DNA of 64,000 nt from assembly GCA_964016885.1 (NCBI GenBank), contig CAXHJY010001591.1, positions 186,001 through 250,000 of the forward strand, read 5' to 3'. The position numbers and the translations under genes were made by a program. This document shows, one piece after another, positions 1 to 12,437 of the stretch (its first letter is position 1; every line of letters begins with the position of its first letter). Source of the stretch: Eledone cirrhosa. Taxonomy: Eukaryota. The notes beneath the pieces were generated by a model. It was given only the letters and a program-made list of their open reading frames with translations. It had not been told where the DNA came from and ran no database searches.

Positions 1-1676
1 TCCACCATCTCTAACATCAAATTCCATAACAACTATGGAATTTACACCTGCAATGCTGCGACGTCACGTTAAGAATAAGCGCAACTATGCCTCCCCTGGT
101 CTTGATGGTGTTACATACCTGCTTCTCAAACGTGCCGGGTACTTCCTTTTGCACCAGCTTTCTTTCTTCTTTCAATACTGTCTCAACTATGGTGCTACTC
201 CAGAGCAGTGGAAAACTGCCAGTGTCATTCCCCTGTTCAAAAAGGACAACCGAACGTCACCTGTCAACTATCGTCCAGTCAGTCTTACTAGCTGTATTGC
301 CAAACTGATGGAATCCTTTGGAACTTCTGGAGCTCTCACAGCCTTATCCGGCCCTCGCAATTTGGATTTATCCCTAACTGCAGCTGCTGTGATCAGCTTA
401 TCGAGTTCCTTGAAGACATTACCCGGATCACTGACAGCGGCTCATGGGTGAATGTTGTTTACCTTGACTTCGCTAAGGCTTTTAATTCTGTGCCACACAA
501 AAGACTTATGGCAAAATTCTCTGCAATGGGTGTGAAGGATAATCGTTTTAGCTGGTTGAAATCCTTCATTCTCACCCGAAAAGAGGTAGTCACGTTCTAG
601 GACAGCATTCTTCACCATATGAGATGTCATCTGGTGTACCACAGGGATCTGTTCTTGGTCCCCTTTTGTTTTTGCATACATTAATGACATAGATGCCAAC
701 TTAAAGAATGCCACAGTACTGAAATATGCAGATGACATCAAGCTGTACCTTGAAATCAAAAGGGCAGATCCTGAAATCTATAACTCTTTCCTACAATCAG
801 ACCTGGACACAATGCAGCAATGGATCACAGACTAGCAACTGAAGCTGGCTGTGGACAAGTGTACCACCATGCATTTTGGGAGGAAAAATCCAGCGTCCAC
901 ATACTCCCTCCACAACACTATCAAGAAGTCCTCTTGTGAACGTGACCTGGGCATTACTGTCAGCAGCGATTTGCGTTGGACAAAGCATGTCTCTAAGATT
1001 GTCAATAAGGCCGAGGGTGTCTTGGCATCACTCAGCAAGACCTTTGTTAGCCGCTCTCCAGCCATCTATTTAAAGCTGTATACAGCTATGGTACGACCAC
1101 ATTTGGATTCGCATCATCAGTCTGGAACCCCTATCTTGCTCAGAACATTGACCTCCTGGAAACTGTTCAGAGACGTGCAACCAAGCGCATACCCTCCATC
1201 AGACACCTACCATACTCTGAACGCCTTGCTTCCCTGGGCATGGATTCATTGAAGCTCCGACGTCTGGCAATGGACTTGGTAAACACCCACAAAGTTATTA
1301 ACCATCTCGCTAACAACAACCCTGAGCACCTTTTTGATCTCCATGTGTCTAACACACGTGGACATGCCTACAAAGTCAGAAAACAGCACAGCTCCCATGA
1401 CTTTCGGAAACATTTTTCACACTTAGAGTTGCTGAAGCATAGAACAAACTGCCTGTGTCAGTTGTTAGCTGCCGAGACACTGCATCCTTTAAAACTCTCA
1501 TGCTTCCCGAAATTCGCCAAAACTACACCTGATGTCCCCCTTCCATGCACGTGCACACATGTGTATATCATGACTCATGCTCTGTTTATTTTCCTGACGT
1601 TTGTACATTACCCTATGTACACTTTTGATGAGTTGTAGTGCACCTGAGCACTGTACACAATATTTTCATTATTATT
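1..1676 (+). mobile_element. Decayed CR1-clade LINE (RT to C-terminus and 3' UTR)
   Basis: ORF pieces: SPGLDG, WKTASVIPLFKK, NYRPVSLTSCIAKLME, KYADDIKL (721-746), YTAMVRPHL, TRGHAYKVRK; frameshifts and stops; ends in CATTATTATT. Second copy at 22679-23710. Confidence 0.9.
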
Positions 1677-1933
1677 TAAAAGGGTCCCGTAAGATCCTGT
1701 AAAAGGGTGAAAGCAGCGATTCTTTGCTTAAACTTTAATCTGAACATATGATAAATATGTATATACATAAATATACACACATGTATATATACATCATCAT
1801 CATCACCATTTCACCTCTGTTTTCCCTGCTAGCAAAGGTGGATGGGTCATCACAGACAAAGTCAGTAAAGTGTTACTGACCCCTCAAATGAACTGAGAGC
1901 CACACCTTGTTTACAAACATCTTTGCATTTTAC

Positions 1934-1967
<34 letters not shown>

Positions 1968-2109
1968 CATTTGTAAAATTCTGTTATAATGTCATAATAC
2001 CATTAAAACAAATTTTTCAGTATAATGAAATTTTTTTCAATCCCCGAGGTAGTAACAAACAAACGCTCGATTTGTTTTTTTTTATACGCAATGAATTTCA
2101 TTATAATGG

Positions 2110-2558
2110 AGAAAAACCTGGGATGAGGTGATAACAACTGACCTTGCTCACTTACACCTCTCTAAGACAATGTCACTGGATCGAGATCTTTGGCGCTATG
2201 TAGTTATACAAACATAAATCTACAGTCAGTAGGCCCCTCTTAACCCAATATACACCCTCCTCCACACACCCTATCCCATCCTCTCATTTCTGTCCACTGT
2301 AAAGTGGTTGTGTAGGTGACACGACAAAAAGCACCCAGTCCATATTGTAAAGTGGTTGTGTAGGAGACACAGTAAAAAGGCTCCCAGTCCACACTGTAAA
2401 TGTGGTTGGCGTTAGGAATGGCATCCAGCTGTAGAAAACCTGCCAGAGACAGTTCTGTATGAGTGAGACACGGTCTCCCGACCAATCTCACCTCAAGTGG
2501 GACAAAACCGTCCAGCCCATGCCAGCGTGGAAGATGGATTTTAAACGATGATGATGAT
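2110..2558 (+). mobile_element. 3' end of RTE element with composite tail (48-bp repeats, (GAT)n)
   Basis: Matches 3' ends at 20690-21195 and 26840-27337 (CAGTCAGTAGG..., CTGTAAAGTGGTTG repeats, CATGCCAGCGTGGAAGATGG, (GAT)n). Confidence 0.8.
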
Positions 2559-2791
2559 ATATTGTGAAATTGTAACACACACATACACACATAAAATAAA
2601 TACATACAGATGTTTGTGTGGTAACAGGAGATTAACCATATCCTGGTTTTCTATGGCTTGTTACATCAAGATGAACCATGTGTTCATTGGTTGAAAAGAG
2701 AAATAAATACCAAGAATGTGGCCTCTTTTTCTAGTAAATGGGGTGAATTTCATCTAAAATGATATTCAGTTCTTTTTCAAATTCGTTTATA

Positions 2792-3014
2792 CCATTTTGA
2801 TACCAACCTTCCTGAATCCATTTCACATTTATTGTACAGAATCTGCCTATTCTAAAATGTTTGTATTTAAACTAGGACCTGTCACCATAAATTAAATTTG
2901 TTATGTTCCAAACACCAGCTTAATAATGAAAATGTTATTTTAATAAGTATCCCTTCAAATTCTTAAATCATTAAAAAAAATTAATATCACACAAGAGATT
3001 CGGTTGCAAAATGG
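2792..3014. mobile_element. Degenerate piggyBac-type MITE (family 2)
   Basis: Ends CCATTTTGATACC / GGTTGCAAAATGG; internal similarity to 31846-32063; flanks TATA/TTAT (decayed TTAA). Confidence 0.55.
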
Positions 3015-3111
3015 TTATCAGAAATTTGAAAGCATGTCAATAAGTTTAAAACTCAACTTCACTCAGAAACTTGATCCATTAAAAAAACAACATCAATTTG
3101 TTCCATTACAG

Positions 3112-3254
3112 TTATATGGAGCATGACAGAGAACACTATAAATTTTTATTTGGGAAGAGCAAGGCATCCTTAAACAAAAGACCAAGTCTAAATGCTTGCA
3201 ATAGAGTGGACGGTGCTAAAAGCACCCAACATCCAAGTAGTGATGCTAAAACAG
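3112..3254 (+). CDS. Candidate internal coding exon of an unknown host gene
   Basis: Acceptor TTTGTTCCATTACAG| at 3111, donor ACAG|GTAATG at 3255, open frame YMEHDREHYKFLFGKSKASLNKRPSLNACNRVDGAKSTQHPSSDAKT; no TE motif recognised; no partner exon found. Confidence 0.35.
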
Positions 3255-3566
3255 GTAATGGATTAAGTCTAGCACGTTAGTTAGCCATAGAAGAATTTGA
3301 ATTCAAAGCATAAGGAGCCGGAACAAATACGACAAGGCATCCCATCTGAGGCTCTAATGATTTTGCCAGTTCACTGACTTAGATGGGTACTTTATTTGTC
3401 AACTTGAGAAGGATGATAGGCAAAGTTGATCTTGGTAAGATATGAACTTAGAATGCAAAGCACTGGAATAAATAACACAAGAAATTTTGCTGTGAACCTC
3501 AAAGTAACAATGGTGTAAAATGTCAAATTCAGTAGCTGTTATTATATGAGTTTATACTATATATAA

Positions 3567-3787
3567 CCCTTTAGCATTTACATTATTCTATATACACTAT
3601 TGTATTTTTGTGGTAAACGCTTTATCTTACATAATTATCTCACATAATATCGAATCAATGAGATTTTGATGTTATTTGTTTTGAAAACAATACCTTAATG
3701 TCAATATGAGCGACCAATTACAGCCGGTTTGAACAGAAAGAGGTGAGAGAATTCTGGCCGGATACAGCTGGTTTAAATGCTAAAGGG
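3567..3787. mobile_element. piggyBac-type MITE (family 1)
   Basis: 14-bp TIR CCCTTTAGCATTTA / TAAATGCTAAAGGG; flanks ATAA and TTAA. Confidence 0.85.
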
Positions 3788-3799
3788 TTAAGGCAGCGA

Positions 3800-4118
3800 A
3801 TTAGCAATTTGTTGGTGTGCTTATTCATTAATCTGCTTTTTAAGAGTCTCAATCCCTTCTGCCTGACTATTATGTTGGCCTGTTCAGCCTCAGGGATAGC
3901 ATCGTTGTCTCTTTCTTTCCTTTCTAACTGCACAAATATCATTTTTGTTCTTGTCAAACATGAGGTTAATTCTGCTCTCATATCTTTCGATTTTTGCACT
4001 TTTGGCTATGATACATTATTTAATTCCTCTATTACATTCAACCCTTTTCCCTTGGTGTTGTATTTCCTTGTCAATTTGTGTTTTTCCCCTTCTTTCAATT
4101 TTGTTTCCGTATCTTGTA
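3800..4118 (-). mobile_element. R4/Dong-like fragment (pre-RT region)
   Basis: Minus translation LTRKYNTKGKGLNVIEEL...AIPEAEQ resembles the region N-terminal to RT in R4-clade proteins; decayed. Confidence 0.5.
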
Positions 4119-4419
4119 AAGTTATGTTGGTGCCACAACATCCAGGCCGAAACAAATGAGATCGTGTAGGTGTCACGACAAAAAAACACACAGTCCATGC
4201 TGTAATGTGGCCGTGTAGGCAACACGGTAAAAACCTCCCAGCCCCACACTGTAAATGTGGTTGGTGTTAGGAAGGGCATCCAGCTGTAGAAAACCCGCCA
4301 GACAGTCCTATGCGAGCAATGACAACCACTCTTGCCTCAAGTGGGAAAACTCCCGTCCAAACCCATGCAAGCGTGGAACATGGACGTTAAACGATGATGA
4401 TGATGATGATGATGATGAT
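4119..4419 (+). mobile_element. RTE family B 3' tail
   Basis: AAGTTATGTTGGTGCCACAACATCCAG... to (GAT)9; same as 20900-21195, 27035-27337, 62935-63228. Confidence 0.85.
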
Positions 4420-7400
4420 CTTGGAACAAGAGGAACAAGAGCAAGAATATGAAGACGTCGCATCTAAGAGTTGCCACACTTAATGTTGGCACTCTGACAG
4501 GTAGATCTGGTGAGATAGTGGAGATACTGGAGAGAAGGTATGTGGATGCGTGCTGTGTGCAAGAGGTGAGATGGAGAGGTGCCTCTGCAAGACTAATCGC
4601 AGGCAAACATCTTAGTTATAAGCTTTTCTGGGTGGGTAATGATGATGGGTTAGGTGGGGTAGGCCTTTTCCTGGCTGAGAGATGGATCGATAAGACAATA
4701 GAGGTAGTTAGAGTTAGTAATAGAATAATTAAGCTTAGATTAGTTGTAGGCAGGAGACTACTGACAATCCTCTTTGCCTATGCTCCCTAAGCAGGCCTAG
4801 GTAAAGAAGAGAAAGACTGCTTTTACGAGCAACTTTTACAAACAGCCACAATGACAGAGGATGGAGACATCATTATGCTAGCAGAGGACTTCAATGTTCA
4901 TGTTGGACATTTCCAGGATGGATACACTGGGGTACATGGTGGGCATGGTTATGGCTCAAGAATTGAAGAAGGAGTGAGGCTTCTTGAATTTTGTGATGCA
5001 AGTGCACTAACCATTTGCAACACTAACTTCCAGAACCTACCAATCACCTAATAACCTACAAATCAGGCGAGCACATAAACCAGATTGACTTCTTGCTAGT
5101 TAGACAGCGAAACAGACAAATGGTGTCAAATACTAAGGCATACCCCGGGGAAGAGTCTACCCTACAGCATAGGTTAGTCGTTAGTGACACCTCAGTAAGC
5201 AAGACACAGAATGAGACATACAGGAAGGTGAGGAAAAAAAAGGTCTGGAAGCTAAAAAACCTTTCACTAAAATATAAATTTAGGAAAGCCCTTCAAGATG
5301 TGTATGACGAAAAAGAAGATGATTTAGAGTCGTATGACATAGATGATAACTGGAATTTCTTACATGACAACTTACTGCAGGTTACTGAAGAAACTTGTTG
5401 CTGGAGCTCTGCTCCAGCCAGACAGTGGTGGAACAGCACGGTAGATAGGGCCATTAGAGACAAAAGACTAGCATGGAATTCTTGGGAAAATGGTGGGAGT
5501 AGAGAAGGATACACAGCCACTAAGAGAGAAGCTAGACGTCAGGTGTACTTAACATACAGGGAGACTGAGAGTAGGAGGTTTGCCAATGTTCTGCAACAGG
5601 AAGATCAGAGGTGTGCAGTGTTCTGCATTGCAAGGCAGGATGTTGTTGGAGATAAGTATGTCCGGAATGCTGGTGTACTTAGTGTCACAAATGATCAGAA
5701 AAAGGAGGCCTGGAAATGTCATTATGAGAGACTGATGAATGTGGAGAATGAATGGGAGAGAGAGAAATTACCCCTAGTAGACCTGACAGAGCGACCAGCT
5801 ATTGAGATTGACAAATATAGGGTCCAAGAGGCAATTAAGGAAATAAAAAATGGTAAGGCCGCTGGACCATCGGGAATAGTTGCTGAGATGCTGAAGGCAT
5901 CTGGAGACGTAGGCACTAAACTGGTTGCACGCATCATCAATCAAGCTATATATGGTGGTGTCATACCCAAAGACTGGTGCAGAAGTATTCTCATAAATTG
6001 CTACAAAAGTAAAGGGATGCTCTTGAGAGGAGCAGTTATAGGGGCATAAAGCTGATGGATCAGGTTATAAAAGTGGCAGAGAGAATATTAGTGCAACTGA
6101 TTAGAGAGAGGGGCAAATTAGATGAGATGTAGTTTGGTTTTGTGCCTGGGAAAAGTACAACAGATACCCTCTTCTTAGTGAAGCAACTACAAGAGAGGTT
6201 CTTAGAGAAGAATAAGCCACTATACTCAGCTTTTGTTGACCTAGAGAAGGCCTTTGATAGGGTACCTCGATCTGTCATCTGGTGGTCCCTAAGGAAACTA
6301 GGTAGAGAGGAATGGCTTGTAAGGACAGTGCAAGCTATGTACAGAGGTGCTGTCAGTAAAGTGAGAGTAGGAATGGAGTTTAGTGAGGAATTCCAGATAC
6401 AAGTAGGTGTACATCAGGGTTCTGTCCTCAGCCCGCTCTTGTTCATTATAGTCCTCCAAGCCATAACAGAGGAGTTTAAGACTGGCTGCCCATGGGAACT
6501 TCTCTATGCTGATGATCTGGTTCTTATAGCAGAATCAGTAGAGGAGCTACAGAAGAAATTCTGGCTATGGAAACAGCAGTTGGAATCAAGAGGACTGAGA
6601 GTGAACATAGCTAAAACAAAAGTGTTGATAAGTAGAAAAGAGGACAAAACTCTGATTCCATCAGGGAAATGGCCATGTTCGATATGTAGAAGATGAACTG
6701 GCATAAATTCTATAAAATGTACGCAATGCAGATCTTGGGTACACAAGAGATGTAGTGGGATAGTAAGCAAGCTAACAGGTAGGGAAAACTATGTATGCAG
6801 TAGATGTACAGGTAAAGTTGACAGTAATCGCAGTGATAAACACATTTTTCAAATGTTGATAGCTTCCGGTACCTAGGTGATCAGATTAGCATGGGAGGGG
6901 TGTGTTCCAAGGCCATAGTATCTAGAATAAGGATGGGTTGGAAGAAGTTTAGAGAGCTGCTTCTTCTGTTGACAAAGAAGGGTTTCTCCCTGCATACGAA
7001 AGGACGGTTATATGATGCCTGTGTGAGATGAGCGATGCTGCATGGTAGTGAGACATGGGGAGTAACTGCAGAGGATATGCGACGGCTGGAGACTAATGAA
7101 GGAAGCATGCTCTGTTGGATGTGCAATGTCAATGTGCGTGATCGACCAAGCATAGATGAGTTGAGAGAGAAACTGGGTATAAGAGGGATAAGTTGCAGTG
7201 TGCAGGAGAGAAGACTGAGATGGTATGGACATATGATGCGCATGGAGGATGGCCGCTGGGTAAAGAAGTGCCAAGAAATCCCAGTAGAAGGAAGACGCAG
7301 TAGAGGAAGACCACGAAAAACATGGGTGGGTGGATGTGGTGAGAGCAGACCTCAGATCGCTGAAGCTCACGGAGGAGATGACGAAGGACCGGGACAAATG

Positions 7401-7470
7401 GAGAGATGCTGTGCTGAATAGGATCCGTTCCACCCTTGCAAGCAGGGAAAAGCAGATGTAAGATGATGAT
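4420..7470 (+). mobile_element. Near full-length decayed RTE LINE (family A): APE endonuclease + RT
   Basis: ATLNVGTL, CCVQEVRW, EDFNVHVG, QIDFL, GKAAGPSG, FVDLEKAFDRV, GVHQGSVLSP, LLYADDL, RLRWYGH, RGRPRKTW; several stops/frameshifts; GATGATGAT tail. Confidence 0.95.
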
Positions 7471-7486
7471 CTTGCCAAGTGTCTTC

Positions 7487-7550
7487 TAAGGCAGAGTAAC
7501 TCACTGCATACATTGATAAGGCAGAGTAACTCACTGCATACATTGATAAG
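7487..7550. repeat. Perfect 30-bp tandem duplication
   Basis: TAAGGCAGAGTAACTCACTGCATACATTGA x2 + TAAG. Confidence 0.95.
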
Positions 7551-7628
7551 CCACAAAAATAAACATACTAGATTGTGCATGTCATGAACTTTACAAAGTT
7601 ACAAGTATATCATTTGCATTATTTGTTT

Positions 7629-7853
7629 AGGGCGGTGGATTGGCAGTATCGGTAGAGGGTCAGACATCATGCTTTGCAGCATAGAGTTACAGCCCTTTAT
7701 GATCTGAGCTCAAATCCCGCCGAGGTTAACTTTGCCTTTCATCCTTATGGGGTTGATAAAATAAAGTACCAGTCATGCACTGGGGTCGATTTAATCGACT
7801 TTCCCCTCCCCTCAAATGACTGGCCTTGTGCCTATATAAGAAACCATTATTAT
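7629..7853 (+). mobile_element. tRNA-derived SINE with Meta-like central domain
   Basis: A-box-like TGGCAGTATCGG, B-box-like GCTCAAATCC, core GCCTTTCATCCTTATGGGGTTGATAAAATAAAGTACCAG, (ATT)n tail. Further copies/fragments near 3300-3480, 8785-9062, 24162-24220, 40095-40150, 40890-41025, 50755-50900. Confidence 0.85.
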
Positions 7854-7854
7854 T

Positions 7855-8780
7855 CGCAACACTTTTGTTCTGGCAGATGTTATACCAACACTGTACCAAA
7901 AGAGCGAGCCATAGCCAATAGCCAAAGGTACTTTGGGTCATTCCTTCTTCAACTTTCCAACACCCTTCTTAGAATTCTTGCTGTTCCCAGCAAGTTTCTT
8001 TTCTGAAACAATCCTGTCCTGATGGTAATTCCTAGCTTCCCAAGCCATGCATCCAGCCCCCTACTAACTGCTCCCAGTGTGCCAACCACAATCAGTACCA
8101 CTTCTATGTGTCTGACTCTCCAGTTTCCTGATATCTCACTTCAGCTCCTGGTATTTCTCAACTTTCTCACTTTCCTTCTCATTCACCCTGTGATCCCATG
8201 GTGAAGCAATATCCACAATTCCTGCCTTATTAATCTTCTTTTCTAAGACAACAATGTCAGGCTTTCTAGCCACAATAAAATTGTCACTCTGGATGGTCAT
8301 GTCCCACAAGATCTTATACTGTTCATTTTCAGCCACCCTTTCCGGTATGTGTTCATACCATTTCTCACTTCTGGTCATATAATACTTATGATAGAGCTTC
8401 CAATGAACCAATCAGGGAATGAGGTTTATTGTCTCACCTTTCTCACCACACAGCCTACAAAGTGGAGAATTCACTGACTTGTCAATATTGAACTTGATAT
8501 AGTTCGTTCGCAGTGTCTGTTCCTGTGCTGCAAAAATAAGGGCTTCAGTTTCAACTTTTAAGTCACTTTTCCTTGTCCATTCCCAGTTCCTATCTTTATC
8601 AACTGTCTCAAGCATTTCATATATGAATTGTCCATACATTTATTTTCTTCTTCCATCTATTAAATGTATCAATTTGTTTGTCTTGTTTAAATTCTTCCTT
8701 TTCCTTTGCTTCATCACTGTTTGGGACCTTTATCTTTCTTACTCCTGCCATCAATCTTTCATTTGAATTCTTTACATACC
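7855..8780 (-). mobile_element. R4/Dong-clade non-LTR fragment (zinc knuckle + RLE), 3' end abutting (TAA)n
   Basis: AAQEQTLRTNY, LCRLCGEKGETIN, ARKPDIVV, IVDIASPWD, EKVEKYQEL (PD-(D/E)xK endonuclease). Confidence 0.88.
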
Positions 8781-9427
8781 AAGCTGAGGTTAGCTTTGCC
8801 TTTCATTCTTACGGGGTCGATAAAATAAAGTACCAGTAATGCACTGGAGTTGATTTAATTGCCTTTTCCTTTCCCAAAAAATTGTTAGCCTTGTGCCTAA
8901 ATCAGAAACCATTATTAATATTATTATTATAAGGGTGGTGGATTGGCAGTATCAGTAGAGCATCAGACATGTTTTGCGACATAGAGTTACAGCCCTTTAT
9001 ATTCTGAGTTCAAATCTCACAAAATTGTTGGCCATATGCCTATATCAGAAATCATTATTATTAAAATCTTAAAGTTAAGATCAGAGATATATTTCTCAGT
9101 CTCATCTATTTATCAATCTCTTTTTTTTAACATTTCATCCACTTATTACTAACCTCTCAGCTATTTATCATAATAGCTTTTAACCCTTCAGCTATTTATT
9201 ACTAATCTTTCAGCTATTTATCACGATAGCTAGCTATCTTCCTATATCTTTCAGACGCTGACTTTGGATACCTCCTACCACCCCTATGCAACACTATTTG
9301 ATTAGCTGTTTGGCAGACATGACCTTGTGCTTCTGCCTTTTTTCCTTTCTCTTTTACTTACACACACACCAACACGTGTCCTCCTACATCATGAATCTCA
9401 ATTTGCTACTCTGTGAACCATTTAATA

Positions 9428-9714
9428 ACTGCATGGACAGACGTGGACTCTACGAGTTTTAGTGAAGGCAACTTGTCTAGAGGAGCAGTGACTCCAATTA
9501 AAAACAACTGCATGGGGCAGATGCGGACCCATAAGCCATAATGAAGGCAACCCATCTAGGAAAGCAGTGACTCTAATTTAAAAATGACTGTATGTGGTAG
9601 ACGAGGGCTCCATAAGCCATAATGAAGGATACCCGTCTAAGAGAGTAGATACTTCAAATAAAAACTGATACAGGGTGGAGAAGGCTCTTAAGTCTGGTAA
9701 GACAACCTCTCTAG
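9428..9714 (+). repeat. Four imperfect ~79-bp tandem units at RTE 5' UTR
   Basis: Units start ACTG at 9428, 9507, 9587, 9664; shared GAAGGCAACCCATCTAG-like core. Confidence 0.8.
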
Positions 9715-12123
9715 TACTGGTGGCATGAACAATGTGCCCAGTACATGCTGTAAAGTGGTTGGTGATAAGAAGGGCATCCAGCCAGTAAAACCCAGCCAAA
9801 ATTATGAAAAGCACGACCAATATGATTTCCACTAGTTGCAAACACAGGGCTAACGTTAGTCATGTTAGTGTTGCGCACAGTAGTGAGGCACCTAGAGTAG
9901 CCATGTGTGAGAACCCCCTCGGCTATTATCAAGCAATCACACAACCACTTTCCCTTTCAGGTACATAGAACCTCTAACCAAGGAGGTAACAACAACTATC
10001 AAAGTACAATTCTCAGGACTGTCACCCTCAATGTTGGTACCCTGAAAGGCAAATCAGGTGAAATTGTGGAAATGTTAGAGAGAAGAGGAATAGGTGTATG
10101 CTGTGTACAAGAAATGAGATGTGGGGGGGGGGGGGGGTGCCTCAGCAAGACTAATCATGGGCAAATAACTTAAATATAAACTCTACTGGGTAGGAAATGA
10201 CAATAGGGTAAGAGGGGTAGGCATCTTACTAGCTGAGTAATGGATAGATAAGGTGATAGAGGTAGTTAGCGTAAGTGACAGAATCATCAAGCTTAGATTA
10301 ACTGTAGGAAATAGACTGGTGACAATCACATCTACCTATGCCCTGCGGGCAAGACTGTGTAATAAACAAAAGGACAAGTTCTATGAGGAACTTTTACAGA
10401 CAACTTCAGGTATTAATGAAAGAGATCTCATCATTCTGGCAGGCGACTTCAATGGACATGTGGGACAGTACTAGGATGGATTCAGCGGAGTTCATGGTAG
10501 CTATGGTTATGGCTCAAGGAAAGAAGAGGGGCTGAGACACCTGAAATTCTGTGATGCAAATGAACTAACCATTTGCATCACAAATTTCAGGAAACCAGTC
10601 AGCCACCTGATCTCATACCAATCAGGTGAACACACAAGCAAAATTGATAACTTACTTGTAAGACAACAAAATAAATGGACTGTATTAAATACTAAGGCCT
10701 TTCCTGGAAATGAATGCCCTGCACAGCATAAGCTAGTTATTAGTGACATCAAAATAAATAACAAACAGAACAAGACATGCAGAAAAATATGGCGTTGGAA
10801 GGTGTGGAAGCTGAGGGAGCTCTAGATTAAATATAGGTTTAGAAAGGCCCTAGAGGATGCACTTGATGAGAGGAGTGATGAGCTAGATACATACAATCTA
10901 GAGGACAACTGGGAATTCTTATGCGACAACCTTTAGTGAACTACTAGTGAGACTTGCGGCTGGAGTAAAGTGCCAGCCAGACAGATGATGACTTGGTGGT
11001 GGAACAGCACAGTGGATACAGCCATTAAAGCCAAGAGACAGGCATGGAAAGACTGAGAAAATGGGAGTAGCAGAAACCAATACCAAGTAGCTTAGAAAGA
11101 AGCTAGGTGTCAGGTATACACAGCTCAGAGAAAGGCTGAAGAAAGTAAATTTGCCAACGTCTTGAGACGTGAGTTTCAGAGACATGAAGAGTTCCGTATT
11201 GCAAGGCAGTGTATTAGTGTGAATCAAGATGTTGTTGGGGAAAAATGTGTTAGAAATGACGCTGGTGCACTTAGCACAACTGATGCACAAAAGAAAGAGG
11301 CCTGGAAATATTACTATGAGAGATTGATGAATGTAGAGAATGAATGGGAGGAAGAGAAACTACCCCCAACTTACCCAAAAGAAGGACCAGCTATTGAAGT
11401 TGACAGTTTTAGGGTCAATGAAGCAATCAAGGAGATGAAGAATGGTAAGTTGCGGGACCATCAGAAATAGTTGCTGAGATGCTAAAAACATCAGTAAGCC
11501 ACATAGCCAATTAGGTAAAACCTAATGACTGGTGCAGTAGTACAATCATAAATTGCTACAATGGCAAAGGTGATGCTCTAAAAAAAGGCAACTATAGAAG
11601 AATAAAACTAATGTACCAAATTATGAAAGTGACAGAAAGAGTTATAGCACTGCTAATTAGGGAAAGAGTCAAAATTGATGAGATGCAGTTCGATTTCATG
11701 CCTGAGAAAAGTACTACAGATGTCTTCTTCTTAGTGAAGCAACTACAAGAGAAGTTCCTAGCCAAAAATAAGCCACTATATTTAGCTTTTGTTGATCTAA
11801 AGAAAACCTTTGACAGAGTACCTTCATCTGGTGGTCCTTAAGGAAATTAAGTGTAGAAGAATGGTTTGTGAGAGTATTGTAAGCTATATGTACAGAGAAG
11901 CTGTCAGTAAAATTTGAGTAGAAAATGAGTTTAGTGAGGAAGTTCATCAAGGTTCAGTTCTTAGCCCACTACTGTTCATCATAGTTCTCCAGGCCATAAC
12001 AGAAGAGTTTAAAATGAGCTGCCAATGGGAACTTCTCTCTGCAGATGAGTTGGTTCTTATAGCTGAAACTAAAAAAGAACTAGAAAATAAATTCCAATTA
12101 TAGAAAGGGAATTTAGAAATGAA
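9428..12123 (+). mobile_element. Decayed RTE LINE with 5' UTR, 3' truncated at solo LTR
   Basis: VTLNVGTL, CCVQEMR, LAGDFNGHVG, FVDLKKTFDRV, SADEL (decayed YADD); many stops. Confidence 0.9.
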
Positions 12124-12437
12124 TGTAACAAGGAGACGATTGGTTACTGTGTATAATATTTAATTAACAATTTGTGGATATATAGAACAGTATAGTTGAC
12201 ATGTCAATGAATAGATGAAAGAATGAAACAAAGTTATTAGTTACCGCTTGGTTGCCTGAGTGAAGACTCCTGGCAAAGGCCAGGAGCCGAAAAGGCAAAT
12301 GAGAGACAGGGAGCTTAACGTTATTAGTTTTATAGGGTTCTGACCGGAAGTTACAGAAAGGGTTCTACTTCCTGTCTAGAGAGCGTTAATCTATTGGGGA
12401 TGTGAGTGTCACAACAAGGGAGGCAACTCCTGCTACA
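12124..12437 (-). mobile_element. Solo LTR
   Basis: TG...CA ends with terminal inverted repeat TGTAACAAGGAG / CTCCTGCTACA; TATAAAA (~12330) and ATTAAA (~12160) on minus strand; no TSD. Confidence 0.7.
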
